Positions 58,728-63,855 of a stretch of DNA of 64,000 nt are shown here, piece after piece. Each line of letters opens with the position of its first letter. Position 1 is the stretch's first letter. The notes under the pieces were generated by a model, which did no database searches, was not told where the DNA came from, and worked only from the letters and a program-made list of their open reading frames with translations. A program made the position numbers and the translations under genes. This DNA is from a virus (Duplodnaviria > Caudoviricetes), in the IMG/VR virus record IMGVR_UViG_3300033070_001583, positions 11,154-75,153 of that record. The stretch is one strand, 5' to 3'.

Positions 58728-59404
58728 TTCCTCATAAATAACGCCAACCACTCTCTCACCCGCCCAGTTGGGCCTGTGTACACGCAGGGTGAGGTTTGCA
58801 AGAAGAGACACCCGGTGTAGTGACCCTCTGTGCTCTCAACCCCCTCAATGAGTCCCCCATCAGAATCCGAGAGCTGGAGAGTAAGTTCAATCTCTGTACC
58901 AATCCTCCACTCGTGGATGAGAATCTTTCCAGGCGAGTCCTTCCAACTCACCCTCCTCCGACGGAGCACAGTCTCGGTGAGCACATCGAGCACTGCAGGA
59001 GAGTGACCGGTTGGATCAATCTCGAGAGTGTCTCCACGGGGAAGAGAGAACGATGGTACCCACCCCCTGCCCCCACATGAGAGAGTGTGGGAGAGCGCGA
59101 GCACTCCCGGGAGGGGCTCTCTCACTCTGGCACCAGAGAGACCGAGGAGCTTGACAAGCCTCCGCAAGAGACCCAGAGGGCTCACAGAGGGAGCTCCCCC
59201 GGGGGCAGAGATCTCGCTATCATGAATGAGAGACCTGTCCCACTCGTACAGAGAGGCAAGTCTCACGAGGGACCGGTCCCAGCGCAGGGTCAGCTCTCTG
59301 GCAAGATCCCGCTCCCTTGCGAGGCCGGTGTTCATGAGTCCAAGGGCCGATGAGACCTCTCTGGCAAGAGAGTCACAGTCTGTGTTGCTTCCATAGGGTG
59401 CCAT
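58724..59404 (-). CDS. Tandem paralogue family member J (GC-rich; alternative GTG start at 59440)
   Basis: GRGWVPSFSLPRGD; WKDS; IHEW; PTGRVR. ATG at 59404 lies 7 nt after a promoter -10 box. Confidence 0.72.
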   Translation of the reverse strand: MAPYGSNTDCDSLAREVSSALGLMNTGLARERDLARELTLRWDRSLVRLASLYEWDRSLIHDSEISAPGGAPSVSPLGLLRRLVKLLGLSGARVREPLPGVLALSHTLSCGGRGWVPSFSLPRGDTLEIDPTGHSPAVLDVLTETVLRRRRVSWKDSPGKILIHEWRIGTEIELTLQLSDSDGGLIEGVESTEGHYTGCLFLQTSPCVYTGPTGRVREWLALFMRK

Positions 59405-59411
59405 CGTTACA

Positions 59412-59440
59412 CTTATACCACAGAGGGTGTGGGTTTGCAC
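59412..59440 (-). promoter_or_regulatory. Repeated early-type promoter (copy 1)
   Basis: GTGCAA-17-TATAAG, ATG 7 nt downstream. Confidence 0.6.
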
Positions 59441-59461
59441 CGGTGATACACAAGCAACCTG

Positions 59462-59595
59462 TACACGCTCAAAATTTCTCTGGAAAAAATTTCGAAATTT
59501 CGATGACCCGTACAGACTCAAAATTTCTCTGGAAAAAATTTCACTGTACAGTGACCCGTACGGCTTCAAATCTGCTCCAGAAAAAATTTCACTGT
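59462..59595. repeat. About 2.7 copies of a 48-49-bp direct repeat (non-coding)
   Basis: CTCAAAATTTCTCTGGAAAAAATTTC identical at 59468-93 and 59517-42; AAAAAATTTCACTGT at 59533-47 and 59581-95; TGACCCGTAC twice. Confidence 0.85.
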
Positions 59596-59639
59596 TTCAC
59601 CTGGTGGGCCAGAGCCCCAGCGGCCCCACACACCTTGGC

Positions 59640-59730
59640 CTAGGGGGGTACCCCGGGGCCTGGGGGGTAAAGTGGGGGGCCCCTCCCCGGGGCCCCGTAT
59701 GGGCTAGCCAGGGGCCCCAGCTGGGGTATC
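59640..59730. other. G/C homopolymer-rich tract with G-quadruplex pattern and short palindromes
   Basis: G6-N6-G4-N3-G6-N6-G6 at 59643-59679; GGGGTACCCC and CCCCGGGG palindromes. Confidence 0.6.
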
Positions 59731-59797
59731 TGCGCGCTCCTCCCTGTGGTCCGAGGGTCCGAGATTTCTGAACTGTGTTGCACTGTCCATCTCGCTG

Positions 59798-59826
59798 GTG
59801 CAACCGGTTCGCTGGGGTGGTATAAC
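59798..59826 (+). promoter_or_regulatory. Repeated early-type promoter (copy 2)
   Basis: GTGCAA-17-TATAAC. Confidence 0.75.
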
Positions 59827-59873
59827 TGAATCATGGTGGGGAGGAAGGTCCCTCCCCCGCGGAAAGGTACACA

Positions 59874-60179
59874 ATGCGTCTTGGTCCTACGGCTCGCAAA
59901 ATCCTCCGCCTGCTCGCTCTTGGTCCCGCCACCTCGCGGGTGCTCCGTGATGCACTGCGCCCTGCAGGTTGCACCGCGAGCTGGGGTAACTCGTACTTCC
60001 TCCCCGCCACCTCGGGTGCAAACGGGTTCAGCTCCTCTCTCCGCCGCCGGGGTCTCATCATGCCGGTGGGCAAGACCGCGAGGGGTGCAACGGTGTGGGG
60101 TCTCACTCCCCTCGCCGAGACCGTTCACCCCCGGTTACCCCCGCAGGTTCAGTGCAACCCACCCCGCAGAAGTGTATAA
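59874..60179 (+). CDS. Small basic protein, winged-helix-like pattern
   Basis: GGAAAGG RBS; ARKILRLLA...LRRRGLI...GATVWGLT pattern. Confidence 0.55.
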   Translation: MRLGPTARKILRLLALGPATSRVLRDALRPAGCTASWGNSYFLPATSGANGFSSSLRRRGLIMPVGKTARGATVWGLTPLAETVHPRLPPQVQCNPPRRSV

Positions 60180-60180
60180 C
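60152..60180 (+). promoter_or_regulatory. Repeated early-type promoter (copy 3)
   Basis: GTGCAA-17-TATAAC, then AAGGAG RBS and ATG 60203. Confidence 0.78.
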
Positions 60181-60202
60181 TAGAAAGTAAGGAGAATCAA
60201 TC

Positions 60203-60565
60203 ATGGAAAACATCACCGCCCCCAACACCTCGTACTTCGCTCAGGTCACCGGCTACACCACCCCCTCCGGCCGGCGTGCTCCGCGGAAGGGTGCGGAACT
60301 CGAGGCCTTCAAGGCCCAGCTCGCGGCCGATCGCGCTGCCCGTCAGGCCATCCGCGAGGCTCGGGGGCTCAAGCGGCCCGGGCCGAAGCCGGTCACGGAC
60401 TCTGCCCACGCCCCCGTGGCTCCCGAGCAGGTGACGGTCCGCTCGGTGGTGAGCGAGTTCGGCAACCCCAAGGCGAAGAACACCACCAAGGAGTTCCTCC
60501 GGGTGCTCAAGGAGGCCGGTCTGGCCAAGTTAGGCTGGTGCAACCCACTGGCTGCCATGGTATAA
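60203..60565 (+). CDS. Small basic early protein with strongly GC3-biased codons
   Basis: Own promoter and AAGGAG RBS. Confidence 0.8.
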   Translation: MENITAPNTSYFAQVTGYTTPSGRRAPRKGAELEAFKAQLAADRAARQAIREARGLKRPGPKPVTDSAHAPVAPEQVTVRSVVSEFGNPKAKNTTKEFLRVLKEAGLAKLGWCNPLAAMV

Positions 60566-60566
60566 C
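60538..60566 (+). promoter_or_regulatory. Repeated early-type promoter (copy 4)
   Basis: GTGCAA-17-TATAAC; the -10 contains the TAA of the upstream gene. Confidence 0.75.
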
Positions 60567-60621
60567 TCTATCATGGTGGCCAGTGGCCACCCCATGCAAC
60601 CCTAACGGAAGGACACACCGC

Positions 60622-60972
60622 ATGATGCCAGAAGAAAAGTTTCTCGCCCACGGACCCGATGCAGCGACCATGGAGATTGTCAGGAAAAATTTCCTTGACA
60701 AAGACACCGACCCGTTTCTCTTCATCACGGTTTATTTTCCCAAAACTTCAGACCGTGGGGTGAGGGTTTCTCACAAGCTGGAGTTTTATATGAGGGAGGA
60801 CGGTGAGCGGCCCGATTTCGATGCCTGGCTCGTGCACATGGAAGAGTTGGGATGGAAATTTCCCAATGATTTTCTGGACCCCTTAGGGTCCGGTGACAGG
60901 GGAGGGAGGGGAGAGTGCCGACTCTCCCCTTGCGCTGTTGGAAGGACTGGGAGACACAATGAGCGAACGTGA
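60622..60972 (+). CDS. Hypothetical early protein
   Basis: AAGGA RBS before ATG 60622. Confidence 0.6.
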   Translation: MMPEEKFLAHGPDAATMEIVRKNFLDKDTDPFLFITVYFPKTSDRGVRVSHKLEFYMREDGERPDFDAWLVHMEELGWKFPNDFLDPLGSGDRGGRGECRLSPCAVGRTGRHNERT

Positions 60973-61165
60973 CATGATGGCCGAACTGTTGGAGGAACTC
61001 CGGGACGCTGAGGCGCGGATCTCCCGTGTGTGGGACCGTCTCTATGAGAGGGACCCGAATATTTCCCTCGAAAGTTCAACCGGGAAGGCCGAGGACATCA
61101 TCAGACGGATCAGGGCATTGAAACTTTCCCTGAGAGAATCCGAACCTCCGGTCAGGATTCGCTGA
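60959..61165 (+). CDS. Small coiled-coil early protein
   Basis: GGGAG RBS before ATG 60959. Confidence 0.65.
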   Translation: MSERDMMAELLEELRDAEARISRVWDRLYERDPNISLESSTGKAEDIIRRIRALKLSLRESEPPVRIR

Positions 61166-61176
61166 CCGGTTCTTGT
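61148..61176 (+). terminator. Probable intrinsic terminator
   Basis: CCGGTCAG-gattcg-CTGACCGG followed by TTCTTGT. Confidence 0.55.
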
Positions 61177-61183
61177 CCGGCGC

Positions 61184-61470
61184 AAGGAAGATTCCGACAG
61201 ATCGTCTCCTGGCCTCGGTGGGCCAGAGAGGTGAGCGGAATCTTTTCGTCGTTTAAATCACAGCACGCTCCGGTGAGGAGGATACCCAGGAGAGACTCCA
61301 GGTCACTCTCCGCCAGAGTCCCTCAGATCCGTGTGGGAGTCTGCATCCACTTTTCCGAGTCTCACGGGAGAGTGACCTCGGTGAGGAGAGAGCCGGTACG
61401 GAGCTCTGTGTAGAGTTGGGAAGAGAGGGAGATTCCACCGGGAAAAGATTCCTCGGAAAGATCTCCCTCG
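61184..61470. ncRNA. Candidate structured non-coding element (three long stems)
   Basis: Stems 61188-96/61236-44 (9 bp, with inner 6-bp stem), 61300-11/61367-78 (12 bp) and 61425-33/61461-69 (9 bp); no convincing ORF. Confidence 0.35.
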
Positions 61471-61481
61471 GTGCAAGAGTC

Positions 61482-61787
61482 TCAGTGAGTCCGAGAGGTG
61501 ACCACCCTTACACCCTTGAGACTTTCTCTCACAAGTTTCCGATACCTCCTGTACTCCCTCAAGTGGTCAGAACGTTTTCCCGGAGAGTTCAGTGCCCACT
61601 TTGCGTAGTAGTACTCCATCAACATGTCTGAGATGTCTTGCACGAGGGACCCACTGTGCTGGATTCCAATCTCAGACAGGAGACTCCTCACACCCATCTG
61701 AGTGGTGTCACGTTCAGAGAGTAGGAGATCACGCTCAGCAAGAACGCGTTCGAGCAGAGCGAATGCAGAGACGGGTTTTGCCACCAT
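61482..61787 (-). CDS. Hypothetical early protein
   Basis: Follows 61791..62075 closely. Confidence 0.6.
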   Translation of the reverse strand: MVAKPVSAFALLERVLAERDLLLSERDTTQMGVRSLLSEIGIQHSGSLVQDISDMLMEYYYAKWALNSPGKRSDHLREYRRYRKLVRESLKGVRVVTSRTH

Positions 61788-61790
61788 GAG

Positions 61791-62075
61791 TCAACCATAC
61801 CTCACCGGAGAGAGACTTGCACTGGGAGAGTGGGAAATTTCCGAGGGAAACTCTCCTAACCCGCCAGCTCCTATGAGGTTCGAAAGAGAGGGTCCAAGGG
61901 ATCCGAACTCTTCTGCAGTGAGAGTGAAGTCCCTGTATGGATGCGCTGTGCTGAGAGTCACGAATCCACCTGCAGGGTCATCGTGCTGTGCTACCAGGTA
62001 CTCTCCGGTCTCTATGACACCATCCCTCAGAGTGATCAGGCAGATGGCACGGTGGTACGAGTATCGCGTTTTCAT
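61791..62075 (-). CDS. Hypothetical early protein (leaderless)
   Basis: ATG 6 nt after promoter copy 5. Confidence 0.7.
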   Translation of the reverse strand: MKTRYSYHRAICLITLRDGVIETGEYLVAQHDDPAGGFVTLSTAHPYRDFTLTAEEFGSLGPSLSNLIGAGGLGEFPSEISHSPSASLSPVRYG

Positions 62076-62081
62076 GATTCA

Positions 62082-62110
62082 GATATACCTTGGAATGAGG
62101 AACGTTGCAC
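62082..62110 (-). promoter_or_regulatory. Repeated early-type promoter (copy 5)
   Basis: GTGCAA-17-TATATC-6-ATG. Confidence 0.75.
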
Positions 62111-62341
62111 TCACATGAATGAGTCGAAGTCAATCTCGAGAGCAGGTTCAAGGTTCTCGTAAGCGGGGCGGAGTGCCCTCAACGCGGCTTCAATCTCGAA
62201 GATATCGTCCTCGTTGTCCCTCCTCGGACGCTCACGCTGCTGATCGGAGAGTTCCCTCAACCTCTTACGGCACTCAGAACGCTGGGATTCGATTGCACTG
62301 CGAGCTGCATTGATGATGTTTGCAAACTCTTCGTTCTTCAT
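62111..62341 (-). CDS. Small coiled-coil early protein (leaderless)
   Basis: ATG 62341 lies 6 nt after promoter copy 6. Confidence 0.72.
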   Translation of the reverse strand: MKNEEFANIINAARSAIESQRSECRKRLRELSDQQRERPRRDNEDDIFEIEAALRALRPAYENLEPALEIDFDSFM

Positions 62342-62347
62342 GGTCCA

Positions 62348-62376
62348 GTTATAACTCACACCGAGAGGTGTTGCAC
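62348..62376 (-). promoter_or_regulatory. Repeated early-type promoter (copy 6)
   Basis: GTGCAA-17-TATAAC-6-ATG. Confidence 0.8.
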
Positions 62377-62766
62377 TCAGAGGTCATAGGAGAGGTGAGG
62401 TTCCCCGGGAGACCATTCCCTCCCGGGTTTCACCACAAAGGACCTCAGAGGCCGCTCCATTCGTACCTTGAATACCTTTGGCTTGGGTCTCTCCGACCTC
62501 AGAGCACGCCCACTCTGTGTCTCCTCTGGGGCCTCTGTGGGGTCGGTATCCCGAGCTCTGGGAGGTACCGGCACGCTCTCGGGCTCGAGCACAATGCTCA
62601 GGTGGAATCTCTCACCGTTAGCATCAGTGCAAGTGAACGCCGGGCATGCTCCGCCTCCAACTCCAGCGAGGTGTCCCGTGAGAGATGAGATGAGCTCGAA
62701 TGCCTCTCGTTTTGAGACGCCAAGAGCCTTGTACGTACCGTCAGATTTGATATAAGTGAGTCTCAT
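62377..62766 (-). CDS. Hypothetical early protein
   Basis: Coupled to the stop of 62769..63107; its TGA abuts the next -35. Confidence 0.7.
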   Translation of the reverse strand: MRLTYIKSDGTYKALGVSKREAFELISSLTGHLAGVGGGACPAFTCTDANGERFHLSIVLEPESVPVPPRARDTDPTEAPEETQSGRALRSERPKPKVFKVRMERPLRSFVVKPGREWSPGEPHLSYDL

Positions 62767-62768
62767 GT

Positions 62769-63107
62769 TTAGATTCCAGCTCCCATGTCAGTGAAAGGAG
62801 GCTCGAGCTGCTTGTACCCTACCTCTGTGTAACGGTGAATGACCATCATTCTGGCGAGCTTGTGAGCCTCATCCCAATCCCGTGCAGATCCCTCCTTGAT
62901 GAGACCCCCTGCTCCACAGCAGCTGCGGTAGTACTGCACGCTCACACCCTTGTGATACGTATCGCGCAAGTATATGCTCCCATTCACTCTGAGACGCGCA
63001 CCATCTTGGTTACGTTCAGTCACATCGAGTGTCTTGCACCCGCACTCGCAGTAATCGAGAGTCACCGTAACAGCGAGAGTGAAGGTGAGATTCGTATTCG
63101 TTCCCAT
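62769..63107 (-). CDS. Early protein, CxCGCKTL family (leaderless)
   Basis: VTVTLDYCECGCKTL; paralogue of 63500..63817. Confidence 0.75.
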   Translation of the reverse strand: MGTNTNLTFTLAVTVTLDYCECGCKTLDVTERNQDGARLRVNGSIYLRDTYHKGVSVQYYRSCCGAGGLIKEGSARDWDEAHKLARMMVIHRYTEVGYKQLEPPFTDMGAGI

Positions 63108-63110
63108 GGT

Positions 63111-63464
63111 TCAGTCTACCACTTTCACCGGAGTCTTGCACCACCCATCCGGAGGAGTCCACCCAGCTGCGAGAGCACGCTTTTCCCACTCTTGCATCTT
63201 CTTGGGCAATTGAGGCAGACGACCCTCCCAATCGCAGTGATAGCACCGTGCACTGCACGGGAGAGTGTGGGTTTCACCGTGATCCGGCTCATCATACCCT
63301 GGGACGTCGAAATCACAGTTGCAAACAATACCTTCACACGTGCTGGAGTGGCTGTAAAGATGACCGTGAGCTTTACACTTGCCATCCCCACCCTTGCCGT
63401 GCTTGCCAGGCGTTGCTCCGCACTTGGGACACTCGAACTCGAACCGTCGTGGTGTGGCTGTCAT
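63111..63464 (-). CDS. Cys/His-rich putative Zn-binding early protein (leaderless)
   Basis: CPKC...CKAH...CEGIVCNC...CSARCYHC. Confidence 0.75.
   Translation of the reverse strand: MTATPRRFEFECPKCGATPGKHGKGGDGKCKAHGHLYSHSSTCEGIVCNCDFDVPGYDEPDHGETHTLPCSARCYHCDWEGRLPQLPKKMQEWEKRALAAGWTPPDGWCKTPVKVVD
63113..63141 (-). promoter_or_regulatory. Repeated early-type promoter (copy 7)
   Basis: GTGCAA-17-TAGACT-5-ATG. Confidence 0.72.
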
Positions 63465-63470
63465 GGTCTC

Positions 63471-63499
63471 AGTATACTCCCCGAGAGGGTGGATTGCAC
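63471..63499 (-). promoter_or_regulatory. Repeated early-type promoter (copy 8)
   Basis: GTGCAA-17-TATACT-6-ATG. Confidence 0.8.
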
Positions 63500-63817
63500 T
63501 CAGGCGAGCGTATAGCCCTGAGTCTTGAGAGTCTTGAATGCAAGCTCAAGTGCAACAGTCTCGGCATCCTCAGTGGGAACGAGGGCAGAGTCAGTTTCTT
63601 TCCCTTTGCCATGCAAACAGCGATAGTACACCACCCGCGAGACAGATGCACTTCTACCAGCCCTGGCATGCTCTTCGATCCGGACGCTCCCACGGGAGGA
63701 GATACGATCATGAGAGTGTTCCGAGATCATGAGAGTCTTGCACCCGCAATCGCAGGGCTCGAGGGTGAGAGTCACGGAGGGAGTGGGAGGGATGAGCTTG
63801 AGGGAGGGTTTCGGCAT
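63500..63817 (-). CDS. Early protein, CxCGCKTL family (leaderless)
   Basis: VTLTLEPCDCGCKTL; ATG 63817 lies 6 nt after promoter copy 9. Confidence 0.75.
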   Translation of the reverse strand: MPKPSLKLIPPTPSVTLTLEPCDCGCKTLMISEHSHDRISSRGSVRIEEHARAGRSASVSRVVYYRCLHGKGKETDSALVPTEDAETVALELAFKTLKTQGYTLA

Positions 63818-63823
63818 GGTCTG

Positions 63824-63852
63824 AATATACCTTGAGCTTGGAAACATTGCAC
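63824..63852 (-). promoter_or_regulatory. Repeated early-type promoter (copy 9)
   Basis: GTGCAA-17-TATATT-6-ATG. Confidence 0.8.
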
Positions 63853-63855
63853 CGC

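Noticed and set aside
51952-59404. Diversity-generating retroelement or shufflon behind the paralogue array
   Set aside because: No reverse transcriptase, no TR/VR near-identical pair with adenine-specific mismatches, no recombinase and no inverted cassettes; divergence covers whole genes.
59462-59595. Direct repeats as a mini CRISPR array (a Cas4-like gene is present)
   Set aside because: Only about 2.7 units; the intervening sequences are ~22 nt and partly repeated themselves (TGACCCGTAC); no cas1/cas2 or effector genes in the window.
59833-60183. Leaderless 116-aa ORF at promoter copy 2
   Set aside because: Overlaps 59874..60179 in another frame; the latter has a clear GGAAAGG RBS and a more protein-like sequence. 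Kept only as a possible 5' regulatory ATG.
61471-61499. Further GTGCAA hexamers (e.g. 61471, ~60016, ~60084, ~63743, 58065)
   Set aside because: No TA-containing -10 box at 17 nt; they fall in coding Gly/Val-Cys/Gln-Lys contexts.
62835-63515. 226-aa plus-strand ORF (and similar overlapping ORFs at 63248..63835 and 59640..60128)
   Set aside because: Antisense shadows of promoter-backed minus- or plus-strand genes in GC-rich DNA with few stop codons; no RBS or promoter.
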